Positions 19,041 to 28,912 of a stretch of DNA of 64,000 bases are shown piece by piece (within the stretch, counting starts at the first letter, position 1; every line of letters begins with the position of its first letter). The translations under genes and the position numbers were made by a program. The notes under the pieces were generated by a model that worked only from the letters and a program-made list of their open reading frames with translations, was not told the DNA's origin and did not search any database. Source of the DNA: Vulcanimicrobiales bacterium (lineage in GTDB: Bacteria; Vulcanimicrobiota; Vulcanimicrobiia; Vulcanimicrobiales; Vulcanimicrobiaceae); contig JBBQQR010000002.1 in assembly GCA_038215615.1 (NCBI GenBank), positions 64,001 to 128,000 on the forward strand, in the 5' to 3' direction.

Positions 19041-20412
19041 CCTGCGCTTTCGTCTGCTCGTCGCGATAACGCTCGTTGCGGCGATCGCACTCATCGCGGT
19101 GGGGTTGTTTTCTACGCGGAGCACACAGCTTGAATTTCAGCATTTGCAGAGGCCGGCTGCGGCTACAGTTCCCGCTGGAGCGCTTTCCGCCGCGCAAAAA
19201 TGGTACGAAAGCCATCATTCGTGGCTGCACGTTGACTCCGTCCTGCGGTTACCGCACGCGCAGCTCGTGCTGTTCACTATGCAAGGGCGGTTCGTCGCTG
19301 CGTCAAATCCGGCCGTGCGTGAAGCGACGCTCGCAATCGGAAGCGAGCCGGTAATCCGCGTGAGCGTAGTCCGTCCGGGTCCGCTCAGCCAAGAAGAGCA
19401 ACTCGTTTTACGCAATCCACCCGGTGCTGTCGTGCGTAATCGTTCGGGCACGGCGATCGCAATGCTTTACGCAATACCCCTGCCGGCGGTACGCGGCCAG
19501 AGTCCGGCGGCAATGCTGAGCCGTCAGTTGTGGCTCGCCATTTTATGCGTGCTCCTGGCCGCATTTGGCGCCGCGTGGCTACTAGCGGGGCAAATTCTCT
19601 CTCCCGTGTCGGCTTTGAGCGAGGCGACGGCGTCAATGCAAAGCGGAGATCTTTCCCGCCGCGTCACCGTAAGCGGACCTAAGGAGATCGCGCAGTTAGC
19701 GCAGCGTTTCAACGATCTTTCCGCGCATCTCGAGAGGTCGGAAGCGCTGCGTAAGCGCATGATCTCCGACATCGCTCACGAGCTGCGCAGTCCGCTCACA
19801 AATATTCGCGGCATTGTCGAGGCTTTGGAAGACGGACATCTGGCCGTCAATACTTCGACGTTGCGTTCGCTCGGCGAAGAGGCAGCGTTTCTTTCGCATC
19901 TTGTCAACGATCTGCAAGATCTCTCACTTGCCGACGCCGGACAACTGAAATTCCAGATGAACGATGTGGCGGTGGACGAATGCGTGCAGGCTGTGGCCGA
20001 CTCCCTGTCTTCGGCTGCGCGCGAAAAAAACGTAGAGATCTGTATCCTTTCACAGCAATCCGTACACATTAGAGCCGATGCAACGCGCGTACGGCAAGTC
20101 ATCAACAATTTGCTCACCAACGCGATTAGGCTGGCTCCCGCGCACTCTGCGATAAGAGTCTCGGTCGATGCCGACAAGGATGCGGTCCGCATCGAGATTT
20201 GCGATGAGGGTCCCGGCATAAAAGACCAGGAGTTGGATGCAATCTTCGAGCGGTTTTATCGGGCCGATGAATCGCGTTCGCGCACGGATGGCGGTGCGGG
20301 TCTAGGTCTTGCGATCGTTAAGCAGCTCGTTGAGGCGCACGGCGGTTCCGTCCGGGCGGTGAATAACGCCGAACGCGGCGCAACATTTTCATTTACATTG
20401 CCCAGAGGCTAA
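19033..20412 (+). CDS. Membrane sensor histidine kinase (BaeS-like, HAMP)
   Basis: Start MRSLRF overlaps the RR stop; 2 TMs, HAMP, IAHELRSPL, NLLTNA, GGAGLGL. Confidence 0.93.
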   Translation: MRSLRFRLLVAITLVAAIALIAVGLFSTRSTQLEFQHLQRPAAATVPAGALSAAQKWYESHHSWLHVDSVLRLPHAQLVLFTMQGRFVAASNPAVREATLAIGSEPVIRVSVVRPGPLSQEEQLVLRNPPGAVVRNRSGTAIAMLYAIPLPAVRGQSPAAMLSRQLWLAILCVLLAAFGAAWLLAGQILSPVSALSEATASMQSGDLSRRVTVSGPKEIAQLAQRFNDLSAHLERSEALRKRMISDIAHELRSPLTNIRGIVEALEDGHLAVNTSTLRSLGEEAAFLSHLVNDLQDLSLADAGQLKFQMNDVAVDECVQAVADSLSSAAREKNVEICILSQQSVHIRADATRVRQVINNLLTNAIRLAPAHSAIRVSVDADKDAVRIEICDEGPGIKDQELDAIFERFYRADESRSRTDGGAGLGLAIVKQLVEAHGGSVRAVNNAERGATFSFTLPRG

Positions 20413-20943
20413 TAGCACATCGAGCAACTCGTCAGGCGATTCGGCGGACGAAAAGAGCATGCGGTGACGCACCGTCACGAAGCCTTCGCGCACCATGTTA
20501 TCGAAAAGCGCAATCAGATCGTCGTAATAGCCGTACGCATTGAGTAAGCCGACGGGTTTGTCGTGAATCTGCAGCAGCCGCCATGTCAAGATCTCGCAGA
20601 ACTCGTCCATCGTTCCGAAACCCCCGGGCAGCGCGATGAACGCGTCGCTCAGGTCTGCCATCAACGCTTTGCGTTCGTGCATGCTGTCCACGATGTGAAG
20701 TTCGGTCAGCCCGTCGTGCGCGATCTCCCGGCCGGAAAGCGCTTGCGGGATCACGCCGATCACTTCGCCTCCGGCCGCCAGCGCGGTGTCGGCGAGAACG
20801 CCCATCAACCCGACCCGGCCGCCGCCATAGATGACGCCCATGCCGCGTTTGACGATCGCGCTTGCGGTGAGGATTGCAGCGTCGATGTAACGCGCATCGC
20901 CGCCGGATTGTGAGCCGCAAAATACGCCGACACGGGAAGGCAT
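20389..20943 (-). CDS. LOG family nucleotide phosphoribohydrolase
   Basis: VFCGS, YGGGRVGLMG, MHERK, LPGGFGTMDE. Confidence 0.93.
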   Translation of the reverse strand: MPSRVGVFCGSQSGGDARYIDAAILTASAIVKRGMGVIYGGGRVGLMGVLADTALAAGGEVIGVIPQALSGREIAHDGLTELHIVDSMHERKALMADLSDAFIALPGGFGTMDEFCEILTWRLLQIHDKPVGLLNAYGYYDDLIALFDNMVREGFVTVRHRMLFSSAESPDELLDVLLASGQCK

Positions 20944-20993
20944 GGCGGGCGGTTTGGCGGGGCGCGGCCGTGCGCCTGCCGTAGAACCGGAAG

Positions 20994-21434
20994 ATGGAAT
21001 ATCGTTTGTTCGGAGCGCGTGAAGTTCCGCGGCGTTTCGTGCTGGTCTTCGAAACCGGCGACGATGTGATGGCCGAGATGCAGCGCTTCGCCGAAGAGCA
21101 GAACGTTATGGCCGCTTTTTTTAAGGGCCTAGGCGGTCTTCAACGCGCCACGGTCGGATTTTACAACCTCGATCAGCAACGGTACGAGCCGATCGAAGTC
21201 GACCAGCAGGTGGAACTGCTCTCACTGCTCGGCAACGTTTCGATTTACGACGGGAAACCGAAGCTGCACATCCACTGCACGGTTTCGTACCGCGACGGAC
21301 ACGCCGCCGGCGGACATCTGCTGCAAGCAACGGTCCGCCCCACGCTGGAAGTCGTGTTGGACGAACTTGCCGGCAATTTGCATCGCACGGACCGTCCGGA
21401 GATCGGCATCCCGCTACTCGATCTGACGCACTAA
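20994..21434 (+). CDS. PPC domain / DUF296 protein
   Basis: ELLSLLGNVS, LHIH, GGHL motifs. Confidence 0.88.
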   Translation: MEYRLFGAREVPRRFVLVFETGDDVMAEMQRFAEEQNVMAAFFKGLGGLQRATVGFYNLDQQRYEPIEVDQQVELLSLLGNVSIYDGKPKLHIHCTVSYRDGHAAGGHLLQATVRPTLEVVLDELAGNLHRTDRPEIGIPLLDLTH

Positions 21435-21448
21435 TTGGGGAAGACACG

Positions 21449-21937
21449 ATGCGCAAACTCGTAGTCCTTGGATGTATGTGGATGCTGGGCGCATCCCCGG
21501 CCGCGGGCGTAGACGTGCATTCGATGTTTGCGAAGATCGCGCCGGGTCTGAAAGCGCGCGTCAAAATCGCGCTCTTGCTTCCCACGCGCTTACCGGCGAC
21601 GTTCCAGGGTGAGAAAATCTTTCCGATCGTGGATCACGCCACGGCGAGCGAGTACGCGGTCGATATCGCGTTATCGCCGGATTGCCGGGGAGAACGCGCG
21701 TGCAGCGAGGGGTTCGTATACGGCTCCAAGTTTGCGTTCAAAACCGGCGATGTTCCGTCCGGCGGAACGCCCGTGCATTTAACGAGCGCCATCGTCGCGT
21801 TGTACCATCGATCGTTGGTGGGCGCGCACGCATCCGACGCGTATTTGTCTTGGAGAACGAAGGACGCGAAATACGCGATTGCGTTGAACACCGGATCGCT
21901 CGCGGACATCTTAGTGGCCGCGCGCAGTATGCGCTAG
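21449..21937 (+). CDS. Hypothetical secreted protein
   Basis: Signal peptide-like N-terminus, purine-rich upstream sequence, fills the gap between genes; Cys pair CRGERAC. Confidence 0.65.
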   Translation: MRKLVVLGCMWMLGASPAAGVDVHSMFAKIAPGLKARVKIALLLPTRLPATFQGEKIFPIVDHATASEYAVDIALSPDCRGERACSEGFVYGSKFAFKTGDVPSGGTPVHLTSAIVALYHRSLVGAHASDAYLSWRTKDAKYAIALNTGSLADILVAARSMR

Positions 21938-21939
21938 GG

Positions 21940-23313
21940 TTAGGCCAGCACCAACTGCTCGTCGCCGGCGCCCGCCTGACGCAGCGCTTCGTGAATCATC
22001 CGGTCTTGGATTTCTTTGACGGCCCAGCGCGCTTGCGCGTCGGGTGAGAGGCGATCGATCGGGTCGAAATACATGAAGGCTTTGCCCGGCTTCACGCTCG
22101 GAGCTGCGTAGACCGCGATACCGTTTTCGCGGTCGTAGTATTCGAAGCTGTGCACGTCACGTTTTCCGCCGCCACCGGGCGCATCGCAGACGAAGGTCGG
22201 TGAGTTAAATCCGGCGGTGCTGCCGCGCACGAATTTTTCGACGTCGATGGCAGTTTGCACGGTCGTGCGCAGATCCTCGACGCCTTTCACCATGTCGTGC
22301 ATGTAGACGTAATACGAATGGACGTTGACGTAGCTGAGGCGTTTGACCAGCAGCTGCATTCGCTCCGCAACGTCGTTGACGCCGCGAATCAGCACGGATT
22401 GATTGCGTACGAAGACACCGCGCTCGAATAGAACGCTCATCGCTTTTTCCGTGATCCACGTGATTTCTTCGGGGGCGTTGAAGTGCGTGTGCAGCACGAC
22501 GTCTTTGCCGAGTCTGCGCCCGCGTTCGACGACGCCGACGATCGCGTCGACCCAGGCCGGATCGGTGAGGAGCTTCATTGGCATGATCGCCGGACCTTTT
22601 GTTGCAAAGCGCATGCGGCGCACGTGCGGGATGTCCAGCAGTGCGTTTCCGATTAGCTCGACGTTCTTCGGAGGCAACTGGTAGACGTCGCCGCCCGATA
22701 TGACGATGTCCTCAAGTTCGGGCCGGCTCGCGATGTAGGTGAAAGCATCATGCCACTGTTTGGGCGTTCGCGCGAGCTCAATTTTGTCGACTTCCTCGGT
22801 ATCGGGGCCGATCGCATAACTGCGCGTGCAAAACCGGCAGTACACCGGACAAACCGCGAGTGGGAGAAAGAGCGCTTTATCCACGTAGCGATGGACGAGC
22901 CCCGGCACCGGCGAATCTGCCTGTTCGTGCAGCGAGTCGAGCACGAGCCGCGGATGATCGGGCAAGAACGTGCTCTTAACCGGAATGAATTGGCGGCGGA
23001 TCGGATCGCCGTACGGGTCGTTCCAATCGATCAACGAGATCGCGTACGGCGAAACGCGAACGGCCATCGGCGCGTGCGCGAACCCGGCGCGCGCGTCTTC
23101 GATGAACTCCGCCGACGCGAGGCTTTCGATCGTTTGCAGCAGTTCCTCGGCTGTTTTGACCGAGTGCTTCTGTTGCCACAAATGATCGAGAAACGTTTTC
23201 TCATCGACGCCCTTGTAAGCCGGAACGTGCCGCCAGAATTCGCCCTGCTTCAGATTTTTGAAGTCAAAGTACTCGGGGCCGACCGGGGGCTTGGTATGAA
23301 GCACGGTATTCAT
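21940..23313 (-). CDS. kamA: Lysine 2,3-aminomutase (KamA-like radical SAM)
   Basis: DPIRRQFIP, GLVHRYVDK, CPVYCRFCTR (CxxxCxxC), ISGGD, NQSVLIRGVND, DAPGGGGK (PLP Lys). Real start MNTVL, by ATGA overlap with kdd. Confidence 0.88.
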   Translation of the reverse strand: MNTVLHTKPPVGPEYFDFKNLKQGEFWRHVPAYKGVDEKTFLDHLWQQKHSVKTAEELLQTIESLASAEFIEDARAGFAHAPMAVRVSPYAISLIDWNDPYGDPIRRQFIPVKSTFLPDHPRLVLDSLHEQADSPVPGLVHRYVDKALFLPLAVCPVYCRFCTRSYAIGPDTEEVDKIELARTPKQWHDAFTYIASRPELEDIVISGGDVYQLPPKNVELIGNALLDIPHVRRMRFATKGPAIMPMKLLTDPAWVDAIVGVVERGRRLGKDVVLHTHFNAPEEITWITEKAMSVLFERGVFVRNQSVLIRGVNDVAERMQLLVKRLSYVNVHSYYVYMHDMVKGVEDLRTTVQTAIDVEKFVRGSTAGFNSPTFVCDAPGGGGKRDVHSFEYYDRENGIAVYAAPSVKPGKAFMYFDPIDRLSPDAQARWAVKEIQDRMIHEALRQAGAGDEQLVLA

Positions 23314-24386
23314 GAGAGCCTCTCCGCGGGACGCGCGAACGCGTAGTATGTATTGAAATAGGCGTGAACGGCCGGGTTGTCGCGCACGGTCTGCAACGCA
23401 ATTGCGGCGTGATCTTTGGTATAGCCGTTGCCGATGAGCATCGTTACCTCTTTCCCGACGCCTTCGGCTCCGAGCGCCGCTGCCGTGAACGAAGTGTTCA
23501 TCGAAAAGAAGTAGACGGTGCCCGAATCCTTCGCGCAGAGGATCGAAGCGAGCTCCGTGCCGTCGACGTTCACGCAGTTGACCACGAGATCGGCAAGCCC
23601 GGGCGCTGTTTTCGAAATCTGCTCGGAAACCCAGAGCGCGTCGCGCGCGTCGGCTTCCAGGAACGTGTCGACGATGCGTTCCGACGTCAGCAAGGCTGCC
23701 GATTCCGTGTTTGCGCGCGGAGCGACACCGATAAGCGTTCCGGAATTGCCCAAACGGGCGCGAGCCCGCGCGCACGCCAGCATGCCGGACTTGCCGTCTG
23801 CGCCGATCACGACGACGGTCATGCCGGGGCGCACGAGTTTGTCGATCTGCGCGGGCGCGCCGGCAACGTCCAGAACGGCAAGCGCGACGCCGGGATCGAT
23901 ATCGTCCGGTAATTTCGACCACGACGCGGATTCGAAGAGTATCGCCGTGCCGCGCACGGACACATGACCGCTGGCGAGCTGCACGCTCTCGATTGCATCT
24001 AAGCGCAGCGGGGTTAGCGTCAGCGAAACGAGCGACGCGATCGCGTCACCTTCGCGCAAATCGATCCCGCGCAAGTCTTGGCCGATCTCGCGGACGCGCC
24101 CGACGAACATGCCGCCGCTTCCCGTTATGGCATTGTGCTGTTTGCCGCGCTCGCGCACGGTCGCCAAAATGTGTTCGGTAATTTTTTGTTCGTCGTCGGC
24201 GCAAAGGGCGCGAATCTGCGCGAACGATGCCGAGTCCAGGTTGAGCGCATCGACGTCGCAGAGAATCTCGTTCGCGAACGGAACCGGCGTATCGTCGAGC
24301 TTCCACGCATTTTGCGGCATGGCGCCCGGCGGAGCGATCACGCGGTGCGCGCCAAAGCGATGACCCGCCTTTCTTGAAATCGTCAT
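23310..24386 (-). CDS. kdd: L-erythro-3,5-diaminohexanoate dehydrogenase
   Basis: G.HRVI.P.G.MPQ.AW.LD, LNLDSASF, RGKQHN..TGSGGM, LDVAGAPAQ, FTAAALGAEG.GK, IGNGY. Confidence 0.85.
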   Translation of the reverse strand: MTISRKAGHRFGAHRVIAPPGAMPQNAWKLDDTPVPFANEILCDVDALNLDSASFAQIRALCADDEQKITEHILATVRERGKQHNAITGSGGMFVGRVREIGQDLRGIDLREGDAIASLVSLTLTPLRLDAIESVQLASGHVSVRGTAILFESASWSKLPDDIDPGVALAVLDVAGAPAQIDKLVRPGMTVVVIGADGKSGMLACARARARLGNSGTLIGVAPRANTESAALLTSERIVDTFLEADARDALWVSEQISKTAPGLADLVVNCVNVDGTELASILCAKDSGTVYFFSMNTSFTAAALGAEGVGKEVTMLIGNGYTKDHAAIALQTVRDNPAVHAYFNTYYAFARPAERLS

Positions 24387-24868
24387 GTGACCGATATTCC
24401 GCCGCGCTCGAACGGGGTCGAGAGGACGATGGTCGTTTTCGTGCGGGCCATACCGGGCACGCTCTTCAGGCGCGAAAGCATTTCGTCCAAGTGCGCGGTC
24501 GAGCGCGTCATAACTTTGAGAACGAACGACTCCTCGCCGGCCACGCTGTGAATCTCGGAAATCTCGGGCATTGCGGTGAGGGCGGCGATAAACGCGTCGT
24601 AGCTGCAGTCGGGCGCGGTATAGCAGCCGACGAACGCGACGAGTTCCAAGCCCAAAAGTTTGCCGTCAAGCTGGGCGGCGTATCCGCGCACGTAGCCGCG
24701 GCTCTCCAGCCGCTTGACGCGGTCGTGCACCGCGGACGCCTTCAGGCCGACGGCTTCGCCGAGATCGGCAAAGGTCGAGCGGGCATTGCTTTGCAGCGCA
24801 GCGAGCAGCCGGAGGTCGAGCTCGTCGAGTCCGCTTGAGTCAGTGCTACCGTTCGGAGTTTTGTTCAT
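24383..24868 (-). CDS. Lrp/AsnC family transcriptional regulator
   Basis: LDELD..LL..LQ.NAR HTH, RVKRLE..G, HSVAGE RAM domain. Confidence 0.93.
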   Translation of the reverse strand: MNKTPNGSTDSSGLDELDLRLLAALQSNARSTFADLGEAVGLKASAVHDRVKRLESRGYVRGYAAQLDGKLLGLELVAFVGCYTAPDCSYDAFIAALTAMPEISEIHSVAGEESFVLKVMTRSTAHLDEMLSRLKSVPGMARTKTTIVLSTPFERGGISVT

Positions 24869-24966
24869 AAGGCCGAATAATCTTCGGGAAAACTATTCTA
24901 CTACCGGAGGACGTCCGGCGCAACAGCGTCGCGGGTTGGTCGGAACGCCCCCGAGAACGCCCTGCC

Positions 24967-26598
24967 ATGCGCAATCTCTGGGCCTTATGTATTGCGGGCG
25001 CGCTGCTGAGCGGCTGTTCGCGCAGCGGCGCGGGCTCTGCGGAGTCTCAGCCCAGCCCTCCGGCGCACCGCATGGCGAGCGCCGTCAGATTCGACTTGGC
25101 AGCCGATCCGAGCAATCTCAATCCGCTGTTCTTGCACCAGGACGCCTCGTCCGTCGAGCAGCAAGTGGCGCGGCTTTCGTTCGAACCTTTCATCGATTTC
25201 GATCCTGCGGGGCATGAGATTCCCGAGTTGCTTTCGCGCGTGCCCTCCCAAGCCAACGGCGACGTCTCTCGTGACGGGCGCACGATCGTTTACCGCTTGC
25301 GCCCGAACGTGCGTTGGAGCGACGGTGTTCCGGTGACGTCCGGCGATGTACTTTTTACGCTTCGCGCGATTCTCGACCCGGCCAACCCGGTGCCGTCACG
25401 AGAGGGCTACGACTTGATCGATCGTGCGCAGGCGCGCGGTCCGCTCGCCGTCGTCTTTCATTTGAAACGCGCGTGGGCGCCGGCCGTCGACACGTTCTTT
25501 TCCTACGGCTACCGTCCGCAGTTTGTCTTGCCGGCGCACGTTTTGCGCACACAGGAACCGCTCGGTCAGGCGCCGTTCAATGCCGCGCCAACCGTCGGCG
25601 ACGGACCCTACACGTTCGTTTCATGGCGGCGCGGAGAGTCGCTGCTCTACGTTGCTAACCCTCGGTACTGGCGCGGCGCTCCTCGCGCGCCACGGTTGGA
25701 TGTTCGCATCGTCCCCGATCCCGCGACGAACCTCGTATTGCTGCAGTCGCGCGAGCTCGATTGGAACCTGATCGCGCCCGTGCAGCAAAACGTATTGCGT
25801 TCACACCCCGAAATCGTCTACCGGTACGAGCCGACCAGCGTGGTGGCCGGCTTGGTCATGAACCTGTCGCGCGCTCCGCTGAACGATCTGCGCGTACGGC
25901 GCGCGCTCGCAATGTCAATCGATCGCCGCGCCATCAGCCGCAAAATTACGCTGGGCCGTTATCCCGTCACGGATGTACTCCAGCCGCTGTTCTCGTGGGC
26001 GGTCGATCCATCGGTGAAGGAACCGCAGTACGATCCGCGCGGCGCGGATGCGCTCCTAGATGCTGCCGGCTGGCGCCGCGGCTCCGACGGCATGCGCAGC
26101 AAGGCCGGCCAAGGGCTAACGCTTCTCTACGTTCAGTTCAAAGAGACCGCGACCGGGATGCGTGCCGCCACGATGGCGCAAGCGGAACTCCGGCAGCGCG
26201 GCATCGACGTGCAAATGAAAACGATCAGCAGCGCTCAGCTGTTCTTGCCGCGTACCGGCGTCTTGGCGAGCGGCAATTTCGATGTGGCCTACGTCCCTTT
26301 CACGATGGGATCCGATCCGGACGACTCTTCGATCTTGCGCTGCGGCGCGCCGAGCAACTACATGCGTTACTGTAATCGCGCGATTGACGCGCTCGAGACC
26401 GCTGCGCTGATGTCGCCGTCGCGCCCTGCGCGCAAAGTTTTGTACAGCCGGATCGAACGGCTGGTCGCTCGAGACGTTCCGATCGTGTACCTTTTCAATG
26501 CGAACTATATCTACGCTTACAGAAAAGCGTTGAACGGATTTTACCCCAACGCGTTCTTGCCGACGTGGAACGCGTACAGTTGGCATCTGGGGCAATGA
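24967..26598 (+). CDS. Peptide/nickel ABC transporter substrate-binding lipoprotein (family 5), no adjacent permease
   Basis: Lipobox LSGC, LRPNVRWSDG.PVT..DV, VGDGPY, DLRVRRAL..SIDR. Confidence 0.9.
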   Translation: MRNLWALCIAGALLSGCSRSGAGSAESQPSPPAHRMASAVRFDLAADPSNLNPLFLHQDASSVEQQVARLSFEPFIDFDPAGHEIPELLSRVPSQANGDVSRDGRTIVYRLRPNVRWSDGVPVTSGDVLFTLRAILDPANPVPSREGYDLIDRAQARGPLAVVFHLKRAWAPAVDTFFSYGYRPQFVLPAHVLRTQEPLGQAPFNAAPTVGDGPYTFVSWRRGESLLYVANPRYWRGAPRAPRLDVRIVPDPATNLVLLQSRELDWNLIAPVQQNVLRSHPEIVYRYEPTSVVAGLVMNLSRAPLNDLRVRRALAMSIDRRAISRKITLGRYPVTDVLQPLFSWAVDPSVKEPQYDPRGADALLDAAGWRRGSDGMRSKAGQGLTLLYVQFKETATGMRAATMAQAELRQRGIDVQMKTISSAQLFLPRTGVLASGNFDVAYVPFTMGSDPDDSSILRCGAPSNYMRYCNRAIDALETAALMSPSRPARKVLYSRIERLVARDVPIVYLFNANYIYAYRKALNGFYPNAFLPTWNAYSWHLGQ

Positions 26599-26608
26599 AG
26601 GAGCAACC

Positions 26609-27142
26609 GTGATCGCAACGGCCATTCGCACCATTCTCACCAACCTCGAACTCGTGCTCATTATCGTGGCGATTGGCGTGACGATTCTCAAGCTGCGTCG
26701 GGCGAAGTTGCACCGGACCGTCATGACGCCCGGTTACACGCTCTGGGGCGAGTTGCTCTTCTACGGAGCCGGTTTCGGATTTTTATGGGCGGGAATTTTC
26801 CACGCGTTTTTTCAGCAGACTGCGGCATCGTCGATTGGGTGGCAGCCCAGTCCGTTCGAATGGGAGCTGGCGTGGGCGGAGTTCGGCGTCGCGCTGATCG
26901 CGCTACTCTCGCTCGGCCGCGGTTATGAGATGCGGTTGGCGGTGACTATAGTACTTTTCATGTTTTCAGCCGGCGCCGCGGTCCAGCACATTCATCAAAT
27001 GCTCTGCTGCCAGAACTACGCGCCTGGAAATGCCGGCACGATCCTCTGGATTAACGATATCGCGCTACCGCTGCTGCTGCTGTATTTGGCGTTCGCGTCA
27101 CGCGACGCATACGAACGCAGCATCCGCGCCGGTATACACTAA
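26609..27142 (+). CDS. Multi-pass membrane protein (DUF6790-like)
   Basis: SD AAGGAG, several hydrophobic helices, A.SIGW..SPF.WE and N.APGNAG motifs. Confidence 0.55.
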   Translation: MIATAIRTILTNLELVLIIVAIGVTILKLRRAKLHRTVMTPGYTLWGELLFYGAGFGFLWAGIFHAFFQQTAASSIGWQPSPFEWELAWAEFGVALIALLSLGRGYEMRLAVTIVLFMFSAGAAVQHIHQMLCCQNYAPGNAGTILWINDIALPLLLLYLAFASRDAYERSIRAGIH

Positions 27143-27185
27143 ACGAAGCTCGTTTCGGCGTTAAATAAGCTAACTTGGCTGAGAG

Positions 27186-28592
27186 TTAGACGGCCTTAAC
27201 CGCCGAGACGAGTGAGTCGACGCTGGCTTTGGCGTCGCCGAAGAGCATCGCCGTCTTTGGATCCTCGTAGAGCGGGTTCTCAATGCCGGCGAATCCCGAG
27301 CGCATCGAACGCTTGAGCACGACGACGTTCGCGGCTTTGTCCACGTCGAGAATCGGCATGCCGTAAATCGGCGATGACGCCACGCTGCGCGCGGCGGGGT
27401 TGGTGACGTCGTTCGCGCCGATGACGAGTGCGACGTCGGTGCGCGCGAATTCGGGATTGACGTCGTCCATGTCGTAAAGCTGATTGTAAGGAACGTTAGC
27501 TTCGGCGAGCAGCACGTTCATGTGTCCCGGCATGCGGCCCGCGACCGGATGGATCGCATATTTTACGGTGACGCCACGCTTCTCGAGCTGGTCGGCGAGT
27601 TCGCGCACGCTGTGCTGCGCTTGCGCGACGGCCATGCCATATCCGGGTACCACGATCACTTGATGTGCGAAGGCGAGCATGACGGCGACGTCGTCAACCG
27701 TGACGCTGCGAATACTCTGCTGTCCGCCCTTGGCGGCGGCGACGTCCATTCCGCCGCTTGCGCCGAACGCGCCGAAGAGCACGTTGCGCAGCGGCCGGTT
27801 CATGGCTTTGCCCATCAGGATCGTGAGCATCGTGCCGCTCGCCCCGACCAGCGTACCCGCAATGATCAATAGGTTGTAGCGTAGCTCGAATCCGGTGATG
27901 GCGACTGCCAGCCCCGTGAATGAGTTAAGCAGCGAAATAACGACCGGCATATCTGCTCCGCCGATCGGCAGCACGAACATGACGCCGAGCACTAGCGCAA
28001 GCGCGACCATCACGCCGTACGCCCACGCCGGCTGGACGCCCAGGGAGATCATGATCCACGCGGCCAGCCCTGCAATGGCCAGTGCCACGATTCCGTTGAC
28101 GAATTGTTGTCCGCGGTACGTGACCGGACGGCCCGTCATCAGCTCTTGCAGCTTAAGGAAAGCAACGACCGAGCCGGCCGCGCTAACGGCGCCGATGATC
28201 GTGCTGATCACCAACGACACGTCGGTAAGAACGTCCAGCGGAGCGGCGTAGTGCGCGCGTTCGAACAGAAGATATTGCACGGTCGAAACGGCCGCGGCCG
28301 CGCCACCGCCCGCGCCGTTGAAGAGCGCGACCATCTGCGGCATCGCCGTCATCTTGACTTTGAGCGCCGAATAGAGCCCGACCGCCGTGCCGACGACGAC
28401 GCCCACGAGTATCGCCCACCAGCCGTAGCCATGCGACGGCGCGAGCGCGGCGATAATTGCAATCAGCATGCCGGCCCCCGCGAGCCGGTTTCCAAAGCGC
28501 GCCGTTGCGGGCGAGCTCAAGAAATGCAAACCGAGAATGAAGAGCGCGATTGCGGCGATCTCGGCAAGCCGGAGCAGAACGAAAGCGGTCAC
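27186..28592 (-). CDS. pntB: NAD(P) transhydrogenase subunit beta
   Basis: MTAMPQMVA, IGGADMPVVISLLNS, VPGYGMAVAQAQ, HPVAGRMPGHMNVLLAEA. Confidence 0.97.
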   Translation of the reverse strand: MTAFVLLRLAEIAAIALFILGLHFLSSPATARFGNRLAGAGMLIAIIAALAPSHGYGWWAILVGVVVGTAVGLYSALKVKMTAMPQMVALFNGAGGGAAAAVSTVQYLLFERAHYAAPLDVLTDVSLVISTIIGAVSAAGSVVAFLKLQELMTGRPVTYRGQQFVNGIVALAIAGLAAWIMISLGVQPAWAYGVMVALALVLGVMFVLPIGGADMPVVISLLNSFTGLAVAITGFELRYNLLIIAGTLVGASGTMLTILMGKAMNRPLRNVLFGAFGASGGMDVAAAKGGQQSIRSVTVDDVAVMLAFAHQVIVVPGYGMAVAQAQHSVRELADQLEKRGVTVKYAIHPVAGRMPGHMNVLLAEANVPYNQLYDMDDVNPEFARTDVALVIGANDVTNPAARSVASSPIYGMPILDVDKAANVVVLKRSMRSGFAGIENPLYEDPKTAMLFGDAKASVDSLVSAVKAV

Positions 28593-28912
28593 TTCTTCGC
28601 GGGCTCGCGTTTCTTGAACATCTGCAGCATCCGTTCGGTCACGGCGAAGCCGCCGACGACGTTGATCGTTCCAAGCGTGACCGCTACGATCGTGATGGCG
28701 GTCAGCAGCGGCGTCGCGAGCGCGTGTCCGGGGTCCAACAGTTTTACCGTAACGATGATCGCACCGACCAGCACGATTCCGTGAATGGCGTTGGTTGCCG
28801 ACATGAGCGGCGTATGCAACGTCGTCGGCACTTTAGAGATGACTTCGAAGCCGACGAAAATCGCGAGGACGAACACGGTCAACAATGCGAAAAATATAGA
28901 AAGTTCGCTCAC
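28589..28912 (-). CDS. pntAb: NAD(P) transhydrogenase alpha subunit, membrane part (split alpha)
   Basis: VPTTLHTPLMSATNAIHG, NVVGGF.VT.RML.MF; GTG start at 28912 overlaps the pntAa stop. Confidence 0.93.
   Translation of the reverse strand: MSELSIFFALLTVFVLAIFVGFEVISKVPTTLHTPLMSATNAIHGIVLVGAIIVTVKLLDPGHALATPLLTAITIVAVTLGTINVVGGFAVTERMLQMFKKREPAKK

Noticed and set aside
21940..23313. KamA-like gene as EF-P modification enzyme EpmB or part of a pyrrolysine system
   Set aside because: It is coupled to kdd rather than efp/epmA, and no pyl genes or tRNA are present
21940..23922. 660-aa KamA with a long N-terminal extension; similar extensions on ORFs starting at 10880, 18886, 35421, 48985, 55528 and 57582
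   Set aside because: The extensions are low-information sequence overlapping the upstream gene; better starts lie at stop/start overlaps or SD-led codons
24869..24966. Lysine riboswitch upstream of lrp-kdd-kamA
   Set aside because: The intergenic region is under 100 nt and lacks recognisable L-box features
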